A DNA stretch of 64,000 nucleotides from Octopus sinensis. Its lineage: Eukaryota. The notes beneath the pieces were generated by a model that saw nothing but the letters and a program-made list of their open reading frames with translations, made no database searches and was not told the DNA's origin. Shown in pieces: positions 1 through 12,501 of this stretch. Within the stretch, counting starts at the first letter, position 1. The number at the start of each line of letters is the position of its first letter. Made by a program: the position numbers and the translations under genes. The stretch spans positions 14,260,001 through 14,324,000 of the forward strand of contig NC_042997.1 in assembly GCF_006345805.1 (NCBI RefSeq), in the 5' to 3' direction.

Positions 1-71
1 TATATATATATATATATAACACGTATATATATATATATATATATATATATAACACGTATATATATATATAC

Positions 72-122
<51 letters not shown>
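1..122. repeat. (TA)n microsatellite
   Basis: Near-pure TA dinucleotide run with occasional CA/ACACG interruptions. Confidence 0.98.
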
Positions 123-127
<5 letters not shown>

Positions 128-355
128 CTTTACTACCCACAAGGGGCTAAACACAGAGGGGACAAACAAGGACAGACAAAGGGATTAAGTCGATTACATC
201 GACTCCAGTGCGTAACTGGTACTTAATTTATCAACCCCGAAAGGATGAAAGGCAAAGTCGACCTCGGCGGAATTTGAACTCGGAACGTAACGACAGACGA
301 AATACGGATACGCAGGTCGCCCGGCGTGCTAACGTTTCTGCCAGCTCGCCACCTT
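123..355 (-). mobile_element. tRNA-derived SINE family A, single copy
   Basis: Minus strand reads GGCGAGCTGGCAGAAACGTTAG (A-box-like) ... GTTCAAATTCC (B-box), central GCCTTTCATCCTTTCGGGGT, tail CTTGTGGGTAGTAAAGAAATA; more than 20 related units in the window. Confidence 0.9.
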
Positions 356-411
356 AACAAATATAAAAAAAATTTTTTTTTTAAATATATATATATATTT
401 ATATATTTATA

Positions 412-448
<37 letters not shown>

Positions 449-453
449 ATATA

Positions 454-516
<63 letters not shown>

Positions 517-591
517 TATGTAGGTCCCGGGTTGATCCGGGGTTAACCACAGTAAGTAAGGTACTCAATACATAGCGTCTTCTATTAATAA

Positions 592-622
<31 letters not shown>

Positions 623-674
623 ATATATATAAAACACAGTAAAAAATAGAAAATGCTAAAATAATTTTATAGTG

Positions 675-725
675 AACATTTCAGTACCGGTTTCGGTCAT
701 TTTGAGACCTTTTCAACTGTAACGA
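675..725 (-). ncRNA. Minimal type I hammerhead ribozyme fold, family 1, in inverted pLTR
   Basis: Reverse complement of the motif at 2697-2748. Confidence 0.7.
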
Positions 726-1001
726 TAAATAATTAAATTTAGAAAAATTAGAAGAAAAGTTTTTTTAAAAGAATATTTCTATAGTAGTGTTCAGATTTAA
801 GTGGCATTCTGCCTTTCTCTGACTCCCTTGTTTGCACTTGTGTGTTCGAGGTAGTTGTGAGCTCTTGGTAGGGTAGTAGAGAGAGGCTGGTGAGGAAAGG
901 GGGGTGGGAGAATCTGGGAGTGCCCTGATGGTCGTATTTTGAATGGTCAGTGGCGGCTGGCAGTCTCAGTTCAATTCAGGAGAATATTTATATTGACAGG
1001 C

Positions 1002-2008
1002 ATAAAAATATAGAAAAACTCATAGAATTCCAGAAAATTTTAAACGGACTGGACGTAAACATCCAATTCACGATGGAATATAGCCAACAACAACTCCCCT
1101 TCCTCGATATCCTCATTAAGAAAGCTAATAATATAATAGAAACAGACATATACTATAAGCCTACAGACTCTAAGCAATATTTCCATTCAATTCATGCCAC
1201 CCCAGACACACCAGGATGAATATCCCCTTCAATCTAGCAAAAAGGATATGCACTATAGTCTCTAACGCAAACACCAGAGACACACGACTACAAGAACTAA
1301 AAGATACCCTAATCACAGGAACTATCCACCTTCACTTATTGACAAATGCATTCAACGTGCCTTCAACTTAACATCAAGGAACTGAGACATCCCAAATCAA
1401 AGAAAAACTTACAACCAAACCTTACCATACATCTCCACACACAACCCTCTCATAACGAAGCCTTCGACACCATCCTCCACAACATACCCCTCCTAAAAAA
1501 AGACCACAGAATGAACACAATCCTCCAAACACCACGATCATAAAAAGCAAAAGACAGCCTAGATCTATGAAAGTCTCCTTACACAAGCCCGAATTCACTC
1601 TTCAACACAGAGAGCCGACTAAAAAAATGTGGAAGACCCAATTGCGGGATATGCGACTATCTAATCGAGGGTTCTGAGTTCTCCTTCAAACAGGGACAAC
1701 GTTTTACAGTGAAAAGCAACTTCACATGTGCTCGGAGAACCTAATATACTCACTAACCTGCTCCGGGTGTCAAGAGCAGTACATAGGCCAAACAAAAAAT
1801 GGTTTGCGTAAACGAATGGCCCTGCACAGATCCAGATAAAAATTCCCCAAAACAGAAAAATAGCTTTTAGCCAACACATAGATACTTGCGCCAACAAAAA
1901 ACACCAACTTCAGAATTCCCCCCTACCAATTTAGGGACGATACAACTCGAGACACGAATAAGTAAAGAAAATCTCTTTATTACAAAATACAAGCCACTTC
2001 TTAACGGG
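1002..2008 (+). pseudogene. Disrupted PLE ORF: RT C-terminus, Cys-rich linker and GIY-YIG endonuclease (Neptune-like)
   Basis: IQFTMEYSQQQLPFLDILI..TDIYYKPTDSKQY (PLE RT), KCGRPNCGICDYL linker, NLIYSLTCSGCQEQYIGQT..RKRMALH (GIY-YIG-like) after frameshifts, ending FITKYKPLLN; stops and frameshifts present. Confidence 0.88.
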
Positions 2009-2149
2009 TCTACGACACAACAATTAATATACCTCAACTTAGAATAAAAGAAAAAAATATATATATACACACACAAATACTACACTCAATAGAATCCATT
2101 ACTAATCAGCCCCTTCATAGCTATATTTACATTCATATTCTCCCTTCTC

Positions 2150-2370
2150 TGTTTTTTTCTTCTTCTTCTTCTTCTCTTCTTCTCATCATCATCGGCATCA
2201 TCATTCGCCACCATCATCACCACACTTCTCCTTCTCCTCCTTTTCTTTTCTTCTTCTTCATCATCATCGTTATCATCATCATCGTCGTCATAATCATCAC
2301 CACCATCACCATCATCGTCATCTTCTCCTTCTCCTTCTCCTTCTTCTTCTTCTTCTCTTCTTCTCCACCC
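2150..2370. repeat. (CTT)n/(CAT)n low-complexity tract in PLE 3' region
   Basis: Alternating CTT, CTC and CAT trinucleotide runs. Confidence 0.9.
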
Positions 2371-2696
2371 CCTACCCCTAAGTTGTCACTAATGTTTTAG
2401 TATAACACTACCTAATCTATAAAGAAGCCTGTCAATATTATTCTCCTGAATTGAACTGAGACTGCCAGCCGCCACTGACCATTCAAAAACGACCATCAGG
2501 GCACTCCCAGATTCTCCCACCCCCCTTTCTCACCAGCTTCTCTCTACTACCCTACCAAGAGCTCACAACTACCTCGAACACACAAGTGCAAACAAGGGAG
2601 TCAGAGAAAGGCAGAATGCCACTTAAATCTGAACACTACTATAGAAATATTCTTTTAAAAAACTTTTCTTCTAATTTTTCTAAATTTAATTATTTA

Positions 2697-2748
2697 ATCG
2701 TTACAGTTGAAAAGGTCTCAAAATGACCGAAACCGGTACTGAAATGTT
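2697..2748 (+). ncRNA. Minimal type I hammerhead ribozyme fold, family 1 (U3-A8 core variant)
   Basis: Stem I CGTTACAG/CTGAAATG, core TTGAAAA 2707-2713, stem II GGTC/GACC, GAAA 2729-2732, palindromic stem III ACCGGT, GUA triplet 2736-2738. Confidence 0.72.
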
Positions 2749-2828
2749 CACTATAAAATTATTTTAGCATTTTCTATTTTTTTTGTTTTTTCATATATAT
2801 CAACTCGTGTGTTCCTTTTCACCCTTAA

Positions 2829-2941
<113 letters not shown>

Positions 2942-3309
2942 TACTAATCAGCAACTGTTTCTCACACAATAGAAGTAACATTGAATCAAACCAGCTAAAG
3001 AACCGTTACACAGTAACCTACACTATCAGAAATATCAACCAAATCTCCCTCGGTTTACATTCTACAGTCTTAAAAAAGGAAGGATAATTTGGATAATGTA
3101 ACCTGGAATGCATTGTGAAACCTGGAAAACAATTGTGAAAGATCGCAAAGTGATGGAATGCTTTTCGTTATCGGTCAAATCGATTAAGATTGACCCTGCA
3201 GATGAATTATAATTTCAGGCAGGTGAGTTTTCGGTTAAATAACTCAAGCTATCTTCTCGGGGGTTTTGTTGAAAATGTGTGTGCGAGTTTAAAAATATTA
3301 GGTAGGAGA

Positions 3310-3385
3310 CATACATACATATATATATATATATATACACGCACACACACAACACACACACACAACACACACACCACACACACAT

Positions 3386-3421
<36 letters not shown>

Positions 3422-3425
3422 TATT

Positions 3426-3460
<35 letters not shown>

Positions 3461-3488
3461 CATATACATACATATATATATATATATT

Positions 3489-3573
<85 letters not shown>

Positions 3574-3619
3574 TACATATTTATACACACATATACACAT
3601 ATATACATATATATATACA

Positions 3620-3653
<34 letters not shown>

Positions 3654-3706
3654 CATACATATATATATACATACATTATATACATACATATACATATATA
3701 TATACA

Positions 3707-3737
<31 letters not shown>

Positions 3738-3888
3738 AACAGAGAGACAGTCAGACAGACAAATAGATAGATAGATAGATAGATAGTTATACATACACAC
3801 ACATATATATATACACATACGCACGGATGTATGTATGTATGCATGCATGCATACATACATACATACATACATACATACATGCATACAT
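3310..3888. repeat. Compound microsatellite (TA)n/(CA)n/(TACA)n/(TAGA)n
   Basis: Direct reading; accounts for the YI/HT/VCMY ORFs in the track. Confidence 0.97.
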
Positions 3889-3889
3889 G

Positions 3890-4415
3890 GTGGCTGCGCC
3901 CTCGTTATCGAGTATGGCCATTGCACGAGCTTAATCAATGTTGTTATCGTGCAATGCCTGTGCACTGAGTCAATCCCACTCACTAAGCAACAGCAGCCAT
4001 AATCCAAAAAAAAGATCAAGTCAACATCATCGGTAACCACTGAGCCGCAGGTTTTATGTCGGAGTTATCCCAGTAAACTGAGTTACCTTCTCCAAGAAGG
4101 ATGCCCTAACAAAGGCTAGGAGTCCTTCGCTCCCAATGGTTTAACCGCGCGATCGGATATTCAGTCCGATTTTCAGTCCGATTATTTCTATGTCTCCGCG
4201 CATGATACAGCCTTAAGACATTTATTGGATGGCCGTTGACTCTCAAGAGTTCCTCCGCCCTTTGACGGGTTTTGTTTTTCACCCCGCAGGGTGTCCAATA
4301 AACACCCTCCTCACCAAGCAAGCTTGGTGGGGTTGCTGGTTTAGTCGCCGACGACCCGACCATGCAACAGGTTGTACTGGGTTACATGTTACCAGTAGCA
4401 CTCGAAAGTGACCTG
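3890..4415 (-). mobile_element. Probable 5' end fragment of an RTE-type LINE (UTR plus start of endonuclease)
   Basis: GC-richer segment; minus strand gives [10 protein letters not shown], resembling the RTE APE N-terminus; strongly decayed. Confidence 0.4.
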
Positions 4416-4539
4416 ACATACATACATACATACATACATACATACATACATACATACATACATACATACATACATACATACATACATACATGTATACGTA
4501 CATCTTCCATATCCAGATTATATGTTCATATTTATACAT

Positions 4540-5510
4540 TTATACCAATAATAATTGGTGCACTTTGTTTTGTGAGTAAATACCTAAGTGACAATCTGGA
4601 TAAGGTAGGGTTTTTGCCAGTTCACCTTGAATGCATTCCCCAAGATCGCTGAAAAGTACACATTGCGGTAACTGGAAAGCGGGTAGGAAGAAAGAAAGGT
4701 GTCTGGAGATGTACCGAACCACTCTTCATCAACAAAGCTGTCTTTAAGGAAGCAAAGCAGCACTGCTAAAACCCATTGACTGTATGATTAGACTATAATA
4801 ACGCATTTGACTCTGCTCCTCGCTCATGGATTATAGAGGTGCTACACGTTACTAAGGTTCCAACGGTTATAGTGAATGCCAGTAAAAGGTTGGCAGCAAC
4901 ATTGTCCACATCATTAAGAATTGAACCTACCACTGTAGGCACTCACAGAATTAGACTATCAACAGGAGTATTTCATGGTGACAGCTTATCTGTAATGCTT
5001 TTCGTCCTATCAGTGAACCCTTAGTCATCTCTGTTAAAGAAATATTAATGGTTAAGCAAAGATTATTTCACCCACACTTTTTTTACTGATGTCCTTAAAT
5101 TGTGCTTAATATTCATGACACAAAGAAGCAATTAGAACCGACCACAACATTCTCACGAGACATAGGAATGGAGTTTGGTCATGACAAATGTTCATACTTG
5201 GTAGTGAAACGAGGAAAGGTTATCGACCAGGCAAAAAAATATGGACATCAATAGCCTAATCATCAATGTTACAAATAGCACGGAATAAAGCCAGAGTAAC
5301 AAACGCATACTTAGGTATAGAAAACGGAAGATAAGCCATCAGAGCTGTTCGGATCCAATCAAAATAATACTTGTGCTAGAGCTATTTGAGACGATAAACA
5401 GGACACTTGAAGAAATCTGAAACTTGGACGTCAGGACAAGGAAGATACTAACAATGAGTGTTAGCTTCTACATCAACAGTGATACTATTACGATTTATAT
5501 TAAACGAAGG
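4540..5510 (+). pseudogene. Decayed R4/Dong-like (RLE-type) non-LTR retrotransposon fragments
   Basis: IPIIIGALCFVSKYL (RLE C-terminus) followed by GRKKGVWRCTE..LDYNNAFDSAPRSWI..GVFHGDSLSVMLFVLSVNP (RT domains 2-4). Confidence 0.8.
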
Positions 5511-5627
5511 GCTGTAAGCAGAAGCCGTTAACTGGAAGCATTGCCCAAACATTTACAGGAAGTATTGCTCACAAATTTACAGGAAAAATGCCCATCATTG
5601 GTCAATCGTAATGGAGTGTTGCTCTTA

Positions 5628-5685
<58 letters not shown>

Positions 5686-5686
<1 letters not shown>

Positions 5687-6372
5687 TACCACAGATTTGC
5701 TTGTCAGTTGTTTGACCTTAACCAGTTGAGCATGTCCCTTAGTGGCTGACGATATGTGCATCTCTGATCACGAGCAGAAGTAGTGGGAGAGCATCAATGC
5801 CCTGATGCAGTACCAGGCAGTGGCTCACATGGCTTCTGATCTTAACTGATTGGAAGTGTTATCATGTACATTGTTTTGTCTTGGTATAAAAGATGGGCTA
5901 CAGCAAATATTCTGCTCAATACCACAGATTTGCTTGTCAGTTGTTTGACCGTAACCAGTTGAGCATGTCCCTTAGTGGCTGACGATATGTGCATCTCTGA
6001 TCACGAGCAGAAGTCGTAGGGGAGCATAATAGCTGTGTGTTGAAAGGAATTCTTGGAAGTTTGGATAATTCACCTTTGGAAACATAGGTGGTTCGTTCAA
6101 CATCCTTAAACAATTCTTATTCGGGGACCTTTTGAGCGGGATGGGCTACTCGACAAGAAGAAAATTCTAACTGGGCCCCACCTGCAAGGTCATGCGCTGT
6201 TTACCTTGATATGAGATCACCATGTCGCGCACATTTGGTTGTGATGCATGTGCTTGGTGTACCCTTATCAGACGGGTAGTCATGATGGGTATACTAGACT
6301 TCGTATATTTTACCCCAGTGTCATTTTGTTGGCATGCACTGCTCTCTCACTCAATAATAATAATAATAATAA
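5686..6372 (+). mobile_element. LINE-derived 3'-end repeat with (AAT)n tail and internal partial duplication
   Basis: Second, reverse-oriented copy at 50060-50665; ends in (AAT)n; segment 5686-5790 is repeated at about 5918-6025. Confidence 0.7.
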
Positions 6373-6654
6373 TACAAGACGCCATATTGCCCAATTCACC
6401 ACGGAATAGATTATGGCACAAAATATGAAAATCTTTGTCTCATCCTCCTTATTTGCCTGACCTTGCTACATCTGGCTGTCATCTTTTCGGGTCATTCCAA
6501 CATTATTTTGAGGAAAACAGTTTATTAATCGCGAAGAGGTTAGAAATTATATTGAATGTGTTGCTGTTTCAAAACCTAAAGAAATTCATGCTCTTGGGAT
6601 CGACAATGTTCTAGAGTAATAATATTTTCTACTAAAGTCACAAGACCTGGAATA

Positions 6655-6870
6655 TGTGTGTGTATGTGTTTGTGTGTCTGTGTTTGTCTCCCTAGCATTG
6701 CTTGACAACCGATGCTGGTGTGTTTACGTCCCCGTCACTTAGCGGTTCGGCAAAAGAGAACGATAGAATAAGTACTGGGCTTACAAAGAATAAGTCCCGG
6801 GGTCGATTTGCTCGACTAAAGGCGGTGCTCCAGCATGGCCGCAGTCAAATGACTGAAGCAAGTAAAAGAT
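6655..6870 (+). mobile_element. SINE family B, 3' half
   Basis: GTCCCCGTCACTTAGCGGTTCGGCAAAAGAG ... CAGCATGGCCGCAGTCAAATGACTGAA, matching full copies. Confidence 0.9.
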
Positions 6871-7609
6871 ATATATTTATATATATGTATGTATATGTAT
6901 ATATATATGTGTGTGTGTGTATATATATATACACACACACATGCTTATATACATATATACATACATACGTACATACATATATGCATACATACGTACATAA
7001 ATACATACATACATACACACATACACACATACACACATACATACATACATACATACATACATACATACATACATACATACATACATACATACATACAAAA
7101 ATACTCTGCTGTTGATGTTGAAATTCCAATGAAATTTCTTGGATCTATGTTAGAAACCACTTCTTTCTCTATTGGCAAGAAATCTTGAAATAAACTAAAT
7201 AATGACATATTAAAATATTGTTCAGAAAGAGTAAAATATTATTCACTACATATGTAGACTATATTGCTTATTTAAAGTGAATTTTTTCTCCCGTAGCTCT
7301 CAACTCTCATGCTACTGCATCCTAGCATTTTTCAGGTTCACTTGGCACAGTGCATTCGTCGCGTCGCAATGGCTGCGATATACGGCCGCCTACGATGTTA
7401 TTTTACTTGACGTTGTTTGTGATTAAGGTATTTTTATTTGCAAATTCACAAATTATTTTATTTTTATATAAGCATTTCCGTTTTATACATCTTTTATTTT
7501 GCCTTTTTTTTAGATCCTGTTATTTTGAAGTGTTTTTAAAAAGTTGTTTATTTGAATATCATTTGCCATTGACCAATGCCTCTTTGCATCCTGTATTGCT
7601 CAGCTGTGT

Positions 7610-9785
7610 CATATTTTGTTACTGAGATACTTTAGATAAGTTTCGGCTAGAACTGGCTCAGATAAAAAGACATTTATTGTGTTTTATATTAGTCATGTTT
7701 TGAGCACAATAGTCCATTCGAGTCAAGAGTTATTGTTTGCAAGGATGTATCCGGATGGTCTATCCGGAATTTTTTTGAGACATATATCCAGGACATTTTT
7801 GAATGGTAGATTTTTTCCTTCTCTTATGTGCCTTAGCATGATGTTAAATAGAACAGAGCCAGTTGAGGTGAAATGTTTGTCTTAGTGTTGTGACGTGAAC
7901 ATGATTTTTGTAGAAGACGGGTACCAAGTCTTGGGTGAATTTTAAAGTTGATGCCAACATTATTTGTGCATTGCTGTTGGAAAATTTTTCACATCATACA
8001 AATGATATAGCGCTCACGGCGATATTGAATGGAATAAAGTGTGAGTTTCCCAAGATGATCCCAATCCTCAAGACCTGTCATGTCGTTTATTTTCCTTGTG
8101 ATCGACCTCTGGGGTGCTTCAATTTTTATTATATTCTGCTTTATGTTGGGAGACCACAGGGGACCATTGTATTCAATGTTCAATAGTTTCTTTAATAGGA
8201 TGCTGTGATCAACCTTGTCGAAGGTCTTGCTGAAGTCCGGGTAGATGACATCTGCACAGAAGGCTTTTCCCGAGCCTTTAGGATGTTATCGAAATGATAT
8301 CCATGCTGATTGGGAATTACTCGAGAGGTCACCTCTCTGTCAAATAATTTGACGATATGAGAGGTGAAATTGGTCGGTAATTCACTGCCAGCAATTTGTT
8401 GTTCCTTTTGAAAACTGGGATAGTCGACTGTAATAGGAAATTCTCAGGAATGTGGCCAGCGTCCAATGATTTTCTTCAGAGAATAGCTAAAGGGGAATGC
8501 CAGTTGGTGACGCCACTCCTTCAGGACTCTAGCGGGGAACTTGTCGGGCCTGCAACTGAGTTGTTTGTAATTTTGTTAATAGCTGTTATGGTATCCGGGT
8601 GTGAAATGATATATTAGATAGGGTGTACTAGGGGTTTGTTTCACCGATGCTATCAGGATTAACCATGTTGGCATTGCTGAAAGTGGGACAGTATTGCTTC
8701 TGAAGAATCTTGACCGTGTCTTCTGCTCCCCTATGTAGCATGTCATCTTCATCCATCAAAGGTCCAACAGATGAAACAGCGACCTTATGCTTTTTGACGA
8801 ACGCGAATAACACCTTGGGATTAATTTTTATTTTCTCAATGGCCCCTTCTGCTATTCTTTAACTAGCGATGATAATCTTTATGCAGTTTGGAGAAAAAGG
8901 GTTTTTTTTGTTCTAGTAAAGCTATATTTGTCAAATGCGAACGTTGCAGCGGGCAATATTTTAGCCAAATGAGTTTTCGATTAGTCCTTTTGGATCTTTT
9001 CGGTTTGAACGGCAGTTTTTTTCTAGCGGTGTCATATGAAATTGTCACCCATAATTATGACCCTAGTATCGATCTGTTGCATTTCAATCTATTTTAGGGT
9101 TAGGGTTAGGGTTAGGTTATGGGTGAGAGGAAGGGCATCTTTTTTTCTTCACAAATGTAAATAAACCCAATCTGTTTCTTAAACGGGGGACATATTCATA
9201 CGGCACAGAATGTTGTTTACCTCAATAGACGTCAGTGATTGGTTAAAATTGCAGAAATTGAAGAAAAAAACAAATTGAAGAAAAAAACAAAAAATATCTT
9301 ACAAACTATAGAATTTTCTCAATAAAGCCAAGAGAAAAAGATGTTTTATAAACACATTCTACCAGTATACGAAGTTAAAACTTTTTTAGTTACCTAGAAA
9401 TTATGTTAAAAACTGCCGTTCAAACCGAAAAGATCCGTCCTTTTTATTTTCCTTATAAGTGTTCTTCTGTTATGTGGGAGAAGGTGGATTTTTATGCCCA
9501 TGGACTGTAGTAGAGTGTGGTGTGAACATGTAGCAATCAGGATGTATTGATGCTGCTTGGAGCGAGAGAGTAGATGAAAGAGAGAATTATATCGTAGTCG
9601 GAAAGGATAATTCTTTCGGCTGTAATAATATGGATAGTGTTAGTGTGGTTACTAAACACTAAGTCCAATGTATTTTTGTTGAATTTCATTAGGACACAAG
9701 TTGGGAGAGGATTTATTCGTTCATGAATTCGAAAAGTGATTCCACTGCTGCTTTCTCTGGGGTTGAAGTGCACACACTTGTCTTC
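7610..9785 (-). pseudogene. Decayed CR1/Jockey-group LINE (APE C-terminus plus RT), interrupted by a MITE
   Basis: NTLDLVFSN..SDYDII (APE end), QHGY..VIYPDFSKTFDKVDH (RT), LYSIQYRRERYII (CR1-like C-terminus); many stops. Confidence 0.8.
8992..9436. mobile_element. Non-autonomous DNA transposon (MITE) with 28-bp TIRs, 8-bp TSD and internal (TTAGGG)n
   Basis: TIR GGATCTTTTCGGTTTGAACGGCAGTTTT at both ends; TSD GTCCTTTT at 8984-8991 and 9437-9444. Confidence 0.92.
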
Positions 9786-9951
9786 AAGGTATGAAAAGAC
9801 AAATTAACACAATCCTCAGGCGTGACGGCACCAGACATGTTATAAAATGTTATCTTAGTTGTTTTCATTGCATGAAACTATTAGTAGCTCATAAAAATAT
9901 ATACTGTGCTTATCAAATAATATTTATCCATCACCATACATACATACATAT

Positions 9952-10009
<58 letters not shown>

Positions 10010-10084
10010 ACACACACACACATACATACATACATACATACATACATACATACATACATACATACATACATACATACATTATAT

Positions 10085-10295
10085 ATAGTTAATCCAAACA
10101 TGAAAACACAAAGAGAAAACACAATAACGCGAGGACGTGGAACAAGTATAGTATTATTGGACGCTCAGGAAAGAAGGAAAGAAGGAGGGTTTAATGTTCC
10201 GAGCGGATCTCTTCGTCAGAAACATAGGAAAAGGAAAGATCCCAAGAAGGGAAGACGGGGGAAAAAAATCGCCAACGGTACACACGCGCTCATAA
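10085..10295 (-). mobile_element. Solo PLE pLTR-like element (family 2) with decayed hammerhead at 10189-10223
   Basis: About 200-bp element flanked by microsatellites, also at 35925-36135 and 48990-49190; minus strand GTTT-CTGACGA-A-GAG..CTC-GGAAC-ATT-AAAC. Confidence 0.7.
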
Positions 10296-10713
10296 TATTA
10301 TATATATATATATATATTATATATATATATATATATATAAAAATATATATATATAATCATAGATAGATAGATAGATAGATAGATAGAGATAGATAGATAG
10401 ATAGATGATAGATAGATTAGAGATATAGATAAGATAGATAGATAGATATGACTGAGATGCCTGGCGCCTTGCTGTACTCAAGAAGATCCGTCCTCCACAA
10501 CAGGAGTGGTAATGCCACTCCGCCTGCCGAAGAAGATTGGCCTGCAAGAGCCCTGTGTCGGTGACATGCAAAAAAAATCACCTAACGCACTCAGCCAAAT
10601 CAGACTGGAGCCTGATGCGGCTCTCCTGCATGCCAGCTCTGGTCAAACTGTCCAACCCATGCCAGCATGGAAAACAGGCGCTAAATGACGATGATATGTA
10701 TATATATATATAT

Positions 10714-11108
10714 ATACTAAGCAATTAAGGGTTTAGCAACGAATTGCCTCACCACACACCGAATTTAGAAATAGCAGTCAAAGAGATATAGCTATTCCTT
10801 CTACTAAAAGGGAGATCTCAGTAAAAACACAGCACTTGAAAGGCAAACACAGACGTGTTTGCCTTTCAAGTGCTGTGTTTTTACTGAGATCTCCCTTTTA
10901 GTAGAAGGAATAGCTATATCTCTTTGACTGCTATTTCTAAATTCGGTGTGTGGTGAGGCAATTCGTTGCTAAACCCTTAATTGCTTAGTATTACTTAAAT
11001 TTTCCTCGAAAATTTTCCTCGAATGAGGCTTTTACATGCCGAAATCTACTTGGTGTAATTAATAATTATTCCAAATTAATTAATTTCACCCTTTATTGTT
11101 ACTGATAA
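10714..11108 (+). mobile_element. Fold-back element: 137-bp inverted arms (10714-10850 / 10855-10991) continuing into a pLTR-like tail ending at (TA)n
   Basis: Arms reverse-complementary by eye with 4-nt spacer AGAC; flanked by (TA)n on both sides. Confidence 0.75.
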
Positions 11109-11325
11109 CTATATATATATATATATATATAATGAAGAAATAAAAGGATTTTTTTCCAAAATTCTGACGACTTTTTTCTCAATATTCAATTCTGTACATC
11201 ACACCCTTACATTCTATACACACACACACACACACACAGACACACACACACGCACACACACACATACATACATATGTATGTATATATATATATATTATAT
11301 ATATATAACGAGAGAGAGAGAGAGA

Positions 11326-11361
<36 letters not shown>

Positions 11362-11756
11362 GGGAGAGGGAGAGAGAGAGAGATCAACGTTAAACTGCGA
11401 TATGAAAGTAATTATTTGGACAAATTCTTCTTAGAATTATTTCGACATCTTGTTTTTCCGAGAAGTAGCTTCTATCTATTTAATAATCCGCTCATTTAGC
11501 TGTTTTCATATTAAATGACTGCCAATTTGGAGCCAAAACAATAAAAAAAATTATCTGCTGATGTACGTTGTGTTGCTTGGTTTTTCTTTTTGATTTTCGG
11601 GAAATAATTGACATTCTACTAAGAAAGAAACGGATGCTGACCTCTTTCCTGTGTCCAGTTCCTATTGATGTGACTGCGAGAGATTTTAAGTCAAGTACTA
11701 TATCTATCTGGTGAATGTGTGTTCATACCCAGCTATATACATGCACAAATTCATGC

Positions 11757-11877
<121 letters not shown>

Positions 11878-11892
11878 ATATTATATATATAT

Positions 11893-11924
<32 letters not shown>

Positions 11925-11925
11925 T

Positions 11926-12232
11926 GTGGAGGCGCTATGGCCTAGTGGTTAGAGCAGCGGACTCGCGTCGCAGGATTGCGGTTTCGATTCCCAGACCGGG
12001 CGTTGTGAGTCTTTATTGAGCGAAAACACCTAAAAGCTCCACGAGGCTCCGGCAGAGGGCGGTGATCCCTGCTGTACTCTTTCACCACTCTTTCTCCCAC
12101 TCTTTCTTCTGTTGGCCTGCTCGCTTAGCCAGCGGGGTGGCGTCATTCGAAGGCTTAAACAATGCGAACGCATTGTGACCAGCGATGTGTAACAACATCT
12201 GATGGTCTGGTCGGTCACGTGATCACGTGATA
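11926..12232 (+). mobile_element. tRNA-derived SINE: family C head with a distinct tail (E)
   Basis: A box TGGCCTAGTGG, B-box-like GGTTTCGATTCC, family C body, then tail GCCAGCGGGGTGGCGTCATTCGAAGG not seen in other C copies. Confidence 0.85.
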
Positions 12233-12501
12233 TAAAATACATATGTACGCGTACATTTATACATACATATACATACATTATCAGACAAACAGATAGATAC
12301 GTTTCTATTGGACTTGTGTTTGTTCTTCGTGTTTTGGGATTTTGGCTGCATTGAAATGAGACAACATCGTCGATCCGAGTAACTGAAGTAAACGAGTACA
12401 AAATCGTGAGTCTTCAGTTATAAAATCCGAGTATTCTTTCCCTGTATTATACTTTCCAAATTATTTTAGAGCAAGGTCAGAAATATTTTCTTATAAATGA
12501 A

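Larger units (their letters stand above)
631..2828 (+). mobile_element. 5'-truncated Penelope-like element with 3' pLTR (2427-2828) and inverted pLTR copy at its 5' end (631-1001), inserted in (TA)n
   Basis: About 370-bp inverted arms flank RT-thumb and GIY-YIG coding remnants; only the right arm has the extra 3' tail CATATATATCAACTCGTGTGTTCC; both ends abut (TA)n. This is the known PLE inverted-pLTR architecture. Confidence 0.9.

Noticed and set aside
3190-3230. Strong splice donor CAG|GTGAGT at 3223
   Set aside because: No supportable acceptor or coding frame upstream; isolated motif.
11011-11055. Hammerhead remnant ..GAATGA-GGC..GCC-GAAAT
   Set aside because: Stem II and GAAA are present but the core is disrupted by a 13-bp duplication and no stem I or III pairing was found; not counted.
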